Source of the DNA: Mobula hypostoma
Taxonomy: Eukaryota
Reading direction: 5' to 3'
Length of the DNA: 64,000 nt
NCBI RefSeq assembly: GCF_963921235.1
Contig: NC_086097.1
Span: 94,800,001 to 94,864,000 of the forward strand
Shown here in pieces: positions 39,473-51,043 of the stretch (its first letter is position 1; each line of letters opens with the position of its first letter). Under the pieces are notes generated by a model that was not told where the DNA came from, made no database searches, and saw nothing but the letters and a program-made list of their open reading frames with translations. The position numbers were made by a program, and so were the translations under genes.

Positions 39473-42400
39473 CGATGGAAGTCAACCCACAGAGTTCCAC
39501 CAGCAGATTGTTACAAACAGAATAAAATTCCCTCCTGACAAATACTGTTAGGTTAAGAATAGTATGAGAAAGATATGGAATAAGGCTTACCCTACGCCAT
39601 TCCATTCAATACACTCAGAATTGTACTGCACAGAATTGAAGCTCTCTCGAGATTATCCCAATAAATGTGACTAGATGAAGAAAACAAGTTAGACACAGAA
39701 CACAGTCTTCCTATGTTCTGGAATAATAATATAGATATTAATTAGATATTAATAATAATTAGATATAGAGTGAGACTCCCTTTAAAGTTATCTGACATTT
39801 TTCACATTGTCTGGCAGCCATGAGTGATAATTAGGGTTAGTTCTGTGCTGTGTGCTCTCTGGGACCTTGGCTTAAACTAAATGCATACACTTCCCTAAAG
39901 GAGCAGGTTTTAAACCCTCTGCTTGGAATCCCAAGCAAATCGACAGGAACAAACCCACAGCTGTGGCCCCATTCTCCTCTCTTTAGCGCTCCAGGTTTGA
40001 CTGCTGTCGCAGGCTAGTCATTTGTTTAGGCACAGTTCAGGCAGAATGCTACATCAAGCTATAGCTACACAGCAAAGAAACATGAGAGTATCACTCCAGA
40101 GAGCCAAGAGACGAGTGGCGTTATTACAAGGGGGAAATGCTTATTGAACTGCGTTTAGGAATGTGGAGACTGTAGTTTCCTCAGAATGCGAGCCAGCTAG
40201 TGGTGAGTTGGGTTTCCCACACAGCCTAGTGGGGCCTCACAAAGGCTGGACAGCAAGGTTCACTTCTGTGCTTGTCCTGGCACTGACAGCTCTGTGCTCA
40301 CTCCAAATGTACTGCTGGGAATGGCCCAATGTCACTGGACCGATGAGATTGTCTGATAGATTGAGATAAAGTTACACCTGCAGCCTCAGAATGCCCAGTC
40401 CCATCCCGAGGCACCTTCCACCAGTTGTATTAATGTGCAATCAGTGTTCTCCAACATTCCAGCAAAGTATTCCTACAGCAAGGCAAATGAAAGGTCAACG
40501 TTGCTATTGCTGGAAGAGTTGAACACTTTGACCCAATGCTGAGAATCCCCTTCAGATACAACAGGGTGTTACATGATTGGAAGTGTTTCCTTGAAAGGAA
40601 GCTGAGGGTTGACCTGGAAGAGGCGTCCAAAACTATGAGGGGGATAGATACGGTAAATACTGAGAATCATTTTCCTGTTTACAAGAGGTTATTGTTTTAA
40701 GCTGAAGATGTAGGAGGCTTAGAAAGAATCTGAAGGGGATTTTTTTTTCACACAAAGAGTGATTGCAATCTAGTATACACAGCCAGCAAAACTGGTGAGG
40801 CAGATAATTCCACAACACTTAGGAAGCATTTGGACAAGCATTCAAGTCACCAAGGCTATGGATCTAACATGGTCTGGATAAGTACCATAGTCAGTATGGA
40901 CATAATGCTCCCCAAGGGCTGTTTCTCCACTACCTGGCTCTCCATTCAGCAGATCTCCTGTTGGATTCCCAGCGGGTGAGGAGTTAGTCTGCCGCACCGC
41001 CACGCCAGAGGCCCATCCACTAAAACTTTCACCCTCAGCACAGGACCAGCCCTCAGTCAGATTTCAAAGTGTCCAGTCTGATAGTCACAGCAGAAGTTAC
41101 ACTCCTGGTAGGACAGCACTCAAGGATGTGGGAGTCAGCTTACTGAGGGAAAGAAGGGCCCACACTGACTATGCTCACTCTGCTGACTTGCTTCAATCAC
41201 ATGCAGGAGGGAACTTGAAGTAGAGAGAGAGGGCAAACAAATCAATGTTGCTTCCTGGTTTTCCTTTTCCCTTTCTCTCTCTATTGGCAGGACAATTACC
41301 TGCCATTGCTTCCCCATTATGATGTGTGCTGATGCCAGAGATAGGGGAAATTTTACTCCAATTAAGAGAATGTTGGGGATCGAGCTGGGCGGTGATTCAT
41401 AATGGTATCACAGGGATAGTTATCCCAGTGCGTGCCAAGTACTCTCCACTCCGCTCCCCGGCGTCCAGCAGCGTATCCCATTGTCTCATTTTTCAGTAGA
41501 AAAGATCTCACCAGGAAATCGCTTTGAGGTTCAGCTCAGGGGGCTGGAGAGAGGTTGAGATTCAGACCCAGCTGTAGAAAGCTCTCCAGTCTTCCCTTCT
41601 GGTAACAGTTTCATTCTCCACTGCGACTGGTAACATGGCTCACCTCTCCTCTTCACGTCCATCTTCAGCCATTCAGTCAGCCCGATCTCTGGGCCTCAGG
41701 CTCTATTAATCTCCTCCCTGGCAGCCTTGTGCTGTCTTCAAAGTGACAGACATTCATTTCCTGTGGTCTATCACTACATAACAAGGAAGTTTGTGACACC
41801 CACGCCTCATCAAGTGCCAGTCATTGAATGATTTGGCTCTCTAATCCCCTCCTCTTGTATTCTGCCAAATAAAGTCCATGGTAGTCACAGCGACTCTTTA
41901 ATCCACTCCCTGAACTGCCACAAGCAAGTTCATTATTGACAGCTCTGGCTCCCTTCACTGTGCCAATTAAACCCCATTATTGATCAATGTGACTCTTTAA
42001 TACTCCCTCTGCTCTACAATGCCAAATCATTCCATAAGGATTGACTGAAGTTTATTAATCCCTCCCAGCTGGACTTTGCCGAGCATTACATATCTTTGCT
42101 GCTCTGCTGACAGATGTGGCTGTTGGTTTATTATTGTTTCATGCAGTGAGATACAATGGGAAACTTTCGTTCTGTGCACCATCCAGACAGATCATTCCAG
42201 ACATGGGGTAGTACAGACGGGGAACAAACAGAACGCAGTGTCCAATGTTACAAAGGAAGTGCAGGCAGGGGAATAAAGTGTAAGGGCCTTGATGGCGTAG
42301 CGTGGGAGATCAAGAGTTCATCTTTATCACTTAAGAGGTCATTCAAAAGCCTTGCAACAGTGGAGTAGAAGCTGCCCTCGACTCTGGTCATACGTATTCC

Positions 42401-42504
42401 ATACCTTCTGCCCGAAGGATGGGGAAGGAGTGACAGTAGCCACAGTGGAAGGGATCCTCGATTATGTTGACCGATTCTTATGTCAACAGGAAGTGTAGAG
42501 AGAG

Positions 42505-43065
42505 TTGTAGAAAACTGCAGTACAGAAACAGACCCTTCGGCCCATCTAGTCCATGCTGAAGCACTTAAACTGCCTACTCCCATCGACCTGCACTGGACAA
42601 TGGCTCTCCATACCCCTACCATCCATGTATCTATCAAACTTCTCTTAAACATTGAAATCAAAATCACATCTACCACTTGTGCTGGTAGCTCATTCCACAC
42701 TCTCAACACCCTCAGTGTGAAGTTTCCCCTCATGTTCCCCTTAAACATTTCACCTTTCACCCTTAAACCATGACCTCTCGTTGTAGTCTCACCTAACCTC
42801 AGTGGAAAAAAGCCTAATTGCATTTACACTATCTATTCCTGGCATAATTTTGTATACCTCTATCAAATACCACCCCCCCCCCCCGCCTCAGTCTTCTATG
42901 TTCTAGGGAATGAAGTTCTAACCTATTCAACCTTTCCCTATAACTCAGGTCCTCAAGTCCCGGCAACATCCTTGCAAACTTTCTCTGTACTCTTTCAGTC
43001 ACACTTACATCTTTCCTGTAGGTAGGTGACCAAAACAGCACAACAATACTCCAAATGAGTCCTCA
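42505..43065 (-). mobile_element. CR1 LINE 3' fragment
   Basis: FWSPTYRKDV..ERVQRKFARMLPGLE...TTRGHGLRVKG. Confidence 0.88.
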
Positions 43066-43165
43066 GTTTTAATCACGGTCTGGGCTGCGTTCACAACTCT
43101 TGCAGTATGTGAAAGATCTTCAACATGCTGAATGGTTAACTTGCTTCATGTCTGTGATGGGGTCA

Positions 43166-43803
43166 AGCATGTAAACAGACCCTTGACCCAGCATGTAAAC
43201 AGGCTCCTTGACCCAGCATGTAAACAGGCCCTTGGCCCAGCATGTAAACAGGCTCCTTGACCCAGCATGTAAACAGGCTCCTTGACCCAGCATGTAAACA
43301 GGCCCTTGACCCAGCATGTAAACAGGCTCCTTGACCCAGCATGTAAACAGGCCCTTGGCCCAGCATGTAAACAGGCTCCTTGACCCAGCATGTAAACAGG
43401 CCCTTGGCCCAGCATGTAAACAGGCTCCTTGGCCCAGCATGTAAACAGGCTCCTTGGCCCAGCATGTAAACAGGCTCCTTGGCCCAGCATTTAAACAGGC
43501 CCTGACCCAGCATGTAAACAGACCCTTGACCCAGCATGTAAACAGGCCCTTGGCCCAGCATGTAAACAGGCTGTTTGGCCCAGCATGTAAATAGGCCCTT
43601 GACCTAGCATGCAAACAGACCCTTGACCCAGGATGTAAACAGTCTCCTTGGCCCAGCGTGTAAACAGGCCCTGACCCAGCATGTAAACAGGCCCTTGACC
43701 AGCATGTAAACAGGTCCTTGACCCAGCATGTAAACAGGTCCTTGGCCCAGCATTTAAACAGGCCCTGACCCAGCATGTAAACAGGCTGTTTTGCCCAGCA
43801 TGT
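43166..43803. repeat. Minisatellite, 22-24-bp unit CCCAGCATGTAAACAGGC(T)CCTTG(A/G), about 27 copies
   Basis: Contiguous, highly similar units with no unique spacers. Confidence 0.97.
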
Positions 43804-45183
43804 TGCAATGAAATGGACTTTTTTGGTTCTAATTGTTTTCTTTCTTGTTAAAATGTATGTTTAATTGATGTTCTGTTGTGAATGCTGCTGTTACAGTGCT
43901 CTGTACCTGTGAATCTGCTGCAAGCAAGGTTCTCACTATGCTTGTGCGTATATGTACCTGTGCTCATGGCCTCAATTTTGACTCTCAAATACTCATTTAC
44001 ATCAATCCCATTTTATGCTCCCCATCAGCTCCCTCCCCCCAGGTCATTCTACCATTCACCCAGAGGAAAGAAGAAGCACATGGCATCACAGAGGGAACGT
44101 GCAAACTCCACACAGACTGGACCCGAGCTCAGGACTGAGTGAGGGTCTCTGGAACAGTCAGGCAGCAGTCTGACTCACTGCACCACTTCACCCTCCAAGT
44201 GTGTCAGGGTACGCAGAAATCCTGAAAAATTTATGTCAGTTAAATTAAAGAAAAAATTTCAAAGCCCACAGCCTACCATCAGATAACAATCAGACTTCCA
44301 TCTGAAGGAAGTGTTCCTGCATCGAAGAGACTCATGATCCCGAGATAAAATACCATAACTTACACCAAAAGCACCTGAAGTTCCAAAGACTGAAACTTTA
44401 CCCACTCACCGCAACCCACACATTCATCTCAGCTAGACATACTTTCACTTGGCTGGTAACCCTTCGGTGACTGCAGCTTCCAGTGAACCTTAAAGCAACA
44501 GCCCCACATCCTCCCTTTATTACAACAAGCACATTAACCCAAGGCCAAAGGACTAATGGCCAATCCTCAACCTGCTTTAGGCACAATAAGCTGAGTGCTG
44601 GCCTACTGGTGGGGTGAGTGCAGCATTAAGCCAGGCACGCAGCTGTACTGGGTAAAGGACGCCAGGTCACCACCTTGAGAAGAGTTACGGAGTTATCCTG
44701 GGTGCACCTAACTACTTTCACAATATTTAAGTGCCTCACTGAGTAACTGGATCACTTCTCTCGACTATGAAGACTAGAGACCAAGCTGGTAACTAGATTT
44801 CTATAGGCAGGTATTTGGTGGGGCATCTTTCTGTGCTGGCTCTGATCCTATTCGGAGTGGTCCACTCACGATGGCCTTTCCAGAAACTTCTACACGCCAC
44901 CAGTGAATACAAATAATTCTTGGTCCTGAGATACATCAGAGGCAACGTGGGTCAGGTCAGGATGGCATTACCGGGTAGATTTGAACAGGCTCAGATGGTC
45001 ACAGAGTACACAACGCAGAGGTAGTCTCTTCAGCCCAGCTCCTCCATGCTCACCAAAATGTGTTTATTTAGAGATAGAGCACAGAGCAGGCCTTCCCAGC
45101 CCAACAAACCCAGCAACCCACTTATTGCAACCAGAGCCCCCCTCATCGCAGGACAATTTACAATGACCGATCAGCCTACTAAC

Positions 45184-45600
45184 TGAATCAGAATCCTTTA
45201 TTATCACCAAGTACATGGACACATACAGGGAATTTGATGCTGGTTTCCCTGAGCTCTCGCTGTACAGAATCAAAAAGCAAACAAAACAATAGTGCAAATA
45301 ATCGTGAACTATATACAATGAGGTATACTTGTGTATGGACAGGTGGACTTGGTTTATAATAGACTAAAATTCAAGTGTTCATAAGACTGATGGCATACGG
45401 AAAGAAACTGTTCTTGTATCTATTTGTCCTGGCATACAGTGATCTAAAGCATCTACCAGAAGGAAGGAGTTGGAACAGGTGATGTCCAGGGTGTGATGGG
45501 TCTACAATGATGCTGCTTGCTCGCTTCCTGACTCTAGATGCATATAAGTCCTGGATCGAGGGCAGCTTCACACCAATAATCCTTTCCGCTGCCCTGGCAC
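45184..45600 (-). mobile_element. Rex1/Babar-like LINE 3' end nested in a SINE
   Basis: RAAERIIGVKLPSIQDLY...DPSHPGHHLFQLLPSGR...NSFFPYAISLMN; gattct tail; SINE halves at about 45065-45183 and 45600-45735. Confidence 0.85.
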
Positions 45601-46104
45601 GTTTTTGTACTGTGGGAGGAAACTGGAGCACCCAGTGGAGACCCACACGGTCAGGGATGAACGTATGGACTCCTTGCAGACAGTGCTGGAATTGAACTCC
45701 AGTGCCCTGAGCTACTGTGGCGCTCGTCTAACCCAGACGCACTTGCCTACATTTGCCCTATATCCCGCTGAGCCAGGGGCTCCCAGCCTGGGATCTACTG
45801 ACACCTTGCCCAATGGAAGGGATCCGTGGTATGAAGAGGGTTAGGAACCCCGGCCCTACACCTTTCCTGTCGATCTACCTGTCCAAGCGTTTATTAAACG
45901 TTGCTGCACCGACCTCAACAACTCCCTTTGTCAGCTCACTCCATATACGTAACCATCCTTTGTGTGAAGAAGTTGTCGCTCGGATCCCTTTTTAAAGCTG
46001 TCAACGTTCCACTTCATCCTATGAACGCCTAGTCTGTAATTACCTTTTGCAAGGAAAGAGCCCTGTATGCATTCGGCCATCAGCATTTCACACATCTCTA
46101 CAGA

Positions 46105-46472
46105 GGTTACTGTGGGTGTGGGGTGGAGGCATGTCTCTACCAAAGCAGGTGTAAGGTGCTTCTTCCCTCCAATAGCCTGCAGGTCACCCTTGGGCAAGGT
46201 GTAGCACCTGCTTAGCCCCCCAGATCAGGGTCACGAGAGCAGGTGGTGAATGGTCGTACGAGCAGCTGGTGCATATCGCAAATCCTGGTTATGTGACCGC
46301 TGATGCCAGACAGACAATCTCTGAAGAGTATTGATGATGGTTGGGGTCACCTGTCTTGTAAAGACACACCCAGAAGAAAGGAAAGGCAAACCACTTCTGT
46401 AGAAAAATTTGCCAAGTCAAGGACCATCAATGCCTACGTCATACGACGCGGCACATAATGATAATGATGATA
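46105..46472 (+). mobile_element. RTE-related SINE-like element
   Basis: BovB-like motif ggcaaaccacttctgtag...tgccaag and a (gat)n-type tail; it interrupts a CR1 fragment. Confidence 0.55.
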
Positions 46473-47364
46473 AGGTCACTCCCACACTACAAGGAATTAA
46501 GTCCGAGCCTGCCCAACCCCTCTGTTTAATTTAGGCTCTCGAGTCCTGGCAACATTCTCATAAATCTTCTTTACACTCTTTCTAGCCGATAGACTTTCTT
46601 ATAACAAGGTGACCAAAACTGTGCACACAATATTCCAAGTGTGGCCTCACCAACATCTTGTCCAGCTGCATTATAACGTCCCAAACACTGCCGAGAGCGC
46701 CTGAAACCACCTCTCAAAAGCAGGCAGGCAGAACTGTTCCAATGAAGAGCCTTTGACCTATTTCTGTCTCTGTGGTTGCTGCTTGAGCTGCTGAGTGTCT
46801 CTGCTGTTGTTCCTTTATGTGTCAGATAATGATCCTTTTCCCAGGCAAACCGGGATCTGGAGAACGTTCTCTTCCCTGATGAGAATTCAGCTAATGATGT
46901 TCCAAGGGCATGTGAGGGAAGAGCCCACATCCCTCCTCCCAATGGAAAAAGGTTGGAGCAAGACCTGCCTCTTGCCTCACCGACACCTCCAGAGTGACTG
47001 CTCTAGCCTTGACCCAACTTCTCCTGACCAAGGAGGGTTAGCCACAGACTCATACAACACAGGAACAGACCATTCAGCCCATTGAGTCTGTGCTGGCCAT
47101 CAGCCATCCATTGACACAAATCCCATCTTATTCTCCCTCAGGTTCTACCACACACTGACATGCTAGACTGAACAATTAAACTCCAAACCTGCTCCTCATT
47201 GGGTTGTGGGAGGAAACCAGAGCACCCAGTGGAAACCCACATGGTCACAGAGTGAACATGCAAACACCACAGAGGCAGAAGTCAGGATCAAACCCATGTC
47301 TCTGGAGCTGTGTAGATGTGTCTCTACCATCTGCACCATAGTGCTTTCTATGCCATGCTGAATA

Positions 47365-49490
47365 AGGGGAAGGGGTGCTGTAGTGATCCGGCGGACTGAC
47401 CGCTGCATTGCTGAGGCAGGCAACAACTCTCAGACACCTCCCCTTAATTACCCCTCGAACATGACCCCACTAAGAAGCCCCAGGTCATTGTCTCTGGCAC
47501 CATCACTGACTTTATTAACTCTGGGGATCTCCTGTCCACTGCCACCAATCTCATTGTTCCTGCACCCTGCACTTCCCATTTCTACCTCCTACCCAAGATC
47601 CACAAACCTGCTTGTCCAGGTAGACCCATTGTTTCTGCTTGTTCCTGCCCCACCAAACTTACATCTGCATACCTCAACTCTGTTTTATACTGCTGGTTCA
47701 GTTCCTTCCAACTTATATCTGCAACACTTCACATGCCCTTGATCTTTTCAATGACTTCAAGTTCCCTGGCCCTCATCATTTCATTTTTACTGTGGATGTC
47801 CAGTTCCTATACACCTCCATTCCCCACCAGGAAGGCCTCAAAGCCCTCCGCTGCTTTCTGGACACCAGGACCAACCAGTTCCCTTCCACCACTCTCCTCC
47901 AACTGGTGGAACTATCTTCACCCTCGACAATTGTCCTCACTCTCAACAATGTCTCCTTTGGCTCCTCCCACTTTATTTAGACATGGGCACTCACATGGGT
48001 CCCAACTATGCCAGCCTGTTTGTCGGCTACGTGGAACAGTCTATGTTCCAAGCCCACACTAGTGTCATTCCCCAACTTATCCTATGCTACATCAACAACT
48101 GCATTTGTGCTGCTTCCTGCACCCACATGGAGCTCGTTGACTTAATCCACTTTGCCTCTAACTTCCACCCTACCCTCAAATTTAATAGTCTATTTCCAAC
48201 ATTTCCCTCCCCTTTTTCGATCTCACTGTCTCTGTCTCTGGAGACAGCTCATCTACTGATGTCTTCTATAAAGCCACTCTCACAGCTACCTCTTCCCACC
48301 CTGCTACTTGTAAAAATACCATCCCCTTCTCTCAATTCCTCCACCACTGCCACATCTGCTCTCAGGATGAGGCTTTTCATTCTAGAACAAAGGAGATGTC
48401 CTCCTTTTTCAATGCTGTCCTCAACCACATCGCTTCCATTTCATGCACATCTGCTCTTACCTCATCCTCCCACCACACTACCAGGGAAAGGGTTCCTCTT
48501 GCCCTCACCTACCACCCATTAGCTTCCACGTCCAGCACATGATTCAGCTGAATCTCACCACCAAACACATCTCCTTCACCACTTTCTGCTTTCCGCAGGG
48601 ATCGCTCCCTACACAACTCCTTTGCCCACTCGTCCCTCCCTACTGATCTCCGTCCTGGCACTTGCTCTTGCTAGCAGAATAAGTGCTACACCTGCCCCTG
48701 CATCTCCTCCCTCACTATCATTCAGCACCCCAAACAATCCTTCCAGGTGTGGCAACACTTCACCTGTAAGTCTGTTGGGGGTCATTTGCTGTATCTGGTA
48801 CTCCCGGTGTAGCCTCCTGTATATCGGTGAGACACAACGTAGATTAGGAGACCGCTTCGCCGAGCACTTACCAGAAAACATGGGATCTCCCAGTGGCCAT
48901 CTATTTCAATTCTATTTCCCATTCCCATTCCAACATGTCAGTCCACGGCCTCATCTACTGTCACAACAAGGCCAAACTCAGGTTGGAGGAACAACATCTT
49001 ATATTCCACCTGGGTAGCCTCCCACCTGATGGCATGAATATCAATTTCTCAAACTTCCAGTAATGTCCCACCCCGCCCACCTCTCCTTCACCATTTCACA
49101 TCCACTTTTCCCTCCCTCACTTTATCTCCTCGCCTGCCCATTACCTCCCTCTGGTGATCCTCCCCCTTCCTTTTCTTCCATGGTCTTCTGTCCTCTCCTA
49201 TCAGATTCCTCCTCCTCCAGCCCTTTATCTCTTTCAATTCCCAGCTCTTTACTTCACCACTCCCCCTCCCGGTTTCACCCATCACCTACCACCTTGTACT
49301 TCTTCCTCCCCTCCCCCCACCTTCTTACTCTCTGTTCTCATCTCTTTCCTCCGGTTCTGATGAAGGGTCTCGGCCCGAAACATCGACTGTACTCCTTTCC
49401 AATAACGTTGCCTGGCCTGCTGAGTTCCTCCAGCATTTTGTGTGTGTTGCTGGGATTTCCAGCATCTGCAGATTTTCTCCTGCTTGTGAT
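47365..49490 (+). mobile_element. Penelope-like element (Neptune-like): RT, Cys linker, GIY-YIG and terminal repeat; degenerate
   Basis: KGGAVV, FYLLPKIHKPACPGRPIVS, TVDVQFLYTSIPH, MGTHMGPNYASLF, decayed YIDD (YINN), Cys-rich linker (NKCYTC), LLYIGETQRRLGDRFAEHL, and a hammerhead motif at about 49353-49389. Confidence 0.92.
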
Positions 49491-49607
49491 GCTGAATTCC
49501 TTCCTGCCTGGCCTGATGTTGATGTTGTTTGGGAGTTTTAGTTTCCCTCTTTACTGAGGATGACTTTCAGCTGAGCCTTTGACCAACAATTGTGAGGCAC
49601 AGTCTCC

Positions 49608-49698
49608 ACACAGCTCCCAGCCACCTCCCAGCCACACACCTCCCAGCCACCTCCCAGCCACCTCCCAGCCACCTCCCAGCCACACACCTCCCAGCCGC
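49608..49698. repeat. Short tandem repeat (CCCAGCCACCT)n
   Basis: About 7 copies of an 11-15-bp unit. Confidence 0.9.
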
Positions 49699-50044
49699 CG
49701 AACCCAACCAATGTCTGGGCTGCATGTCAGGCTGGGGCCTTCAAGGATCTGATCTCATAGCTGATGCTCATTGAGGACATGATTCTCAGCCAACAGATCG
49801 AAGGCAGAATCTGTTACTGCTGGGAGCATGGAAACTTGGACGAAGCCAGGGCTTACACTATAAATAGACAGTACTGGAGATCAGAAAGATTGGGGGGGGG
49901 GGTGCGGTTTGTAATAACATCCTGCAAATGGAGGCATGGGGTGGAGAGGAAGATTTGCCTTCATTGGACAGGGTACTGAAGACAGGACACGACGAGGCCA
50001 CACCTGGAGTACAGCGTATGCTACTGTTGCCCATCTGTAGGTAA

Positions 50045-50610
50045 TCTGGTTCATTATTGTCACGTGTACCCAGGTACTGTGAACATTTCTGCTTTGCCTG
50101 CCATCCATACAGATCATTTCACCACATTGCCAGGACGTGTCATGAAATTTGTTGTCCTGCAGTAGCAGGACGGTGCAATACGTAAACAATTACAGTAAGT
50201 TTCAGTAACAAAAAGTAAATAAATTGTGCAAAGCGAAAGCAAGATCGTGAGGTGGTGTTCAGTATTTCATGGTCTGTTCAGAAATCTGATGACAGAGAGG
50301 AAGAAACTGTATCTAAAATAGGGAGTATGTGTCTTCAGGCTCCTGTCCCTCCTCCCCGGTGACTGCAATGAGAAGAGGGCACGTCCTGGGTGGTGAGGGT
50401 CCTTAATGATGGATGCTGCTTTTTGAAAGCCTTTAGAAAATGCCCACAAGGGTGGGGAAGCCCATGGTGGGGCTGGCTGAGACAGCTACCCTCTGAAGGT
50501 GCTTTTTGATCTTGTCTGTTGGAGCCTCCATGTCAGACGGTGTTGCAACCAGTCACATTACATCTGTAGAAATTTTCTAGACTCCTTGGTGACATACCAA
50601 ATGTCCTCAA
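50045..50610 (-). mobile_element. Rex1/Babar-like LINE 3' fragment
   Basis: KAASIIKDPHHPGRALFSLQSPGRRDRSLKTHT...FFLSVIRFLN. Confidence 0.8.
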
Positions 50611-50843
50611 CCATTAGAGGGATTTAAAGGGATATGGACCAAATGGAGGGAGAGGGAATTAACTCAGGGGGACAATTCGGTCGTTACAATTGAGTTGGCC
50701 CATAAGACCTGTGTAATGCTGAGACTCTGTGAGTGTGGCCAGCACTGATTACTCACTACACAAGCCTAAAATACAGCCACCTTACTGTTCAGGGGTCCAG
50801 AGACAAGAGGAAACTTCAGCAAAGCTGACAGAGGCTTTTCTGA

Positions 50844-51043
50844 AACAACAGGAATTCTGCAGATGCTGGAAATTCAAGCAACACACATAAAAGTTGCTGG
50901 TGAACGCAGCAGGCCAGGCAGCATCTCTAGGAAGAGGTGCAGTCGACGTTTCAGGCCGAGACCCTTCTCGGCCTGAAACATCAACTGCACCTCTTCCTAG
51001 AGATGTTGCCTGGCCTGCTGCGTTCACCAGCAACTTTTATGTG
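50844..51043. mobile_element. 200-bp fold-back PLE terminal-repeat insertion with 14-bp TSD
   Basis: TSD agaggcttttctga at 50830-50843 and 51044-51057; 78-bp inverted arms 50884-50961 and 50966-51043. Confidence 0.92.

Noticed and set aside
31358..41213. Specific gene name for the exon-like chain (e.g. an ankyrin-kinase or a RhoGEF)
   Set aside because: Motif matches are under 10 residues, disrupted, and not in an order that fits one known protein; no symbol assigned.
43120..43808. CRISPR-like array and overlapping repetitive ORFs
   Set aside because: Units are contiguous with no unique spacers, there are no cas genes, and the context is eukaryotic; it is a VNTR.
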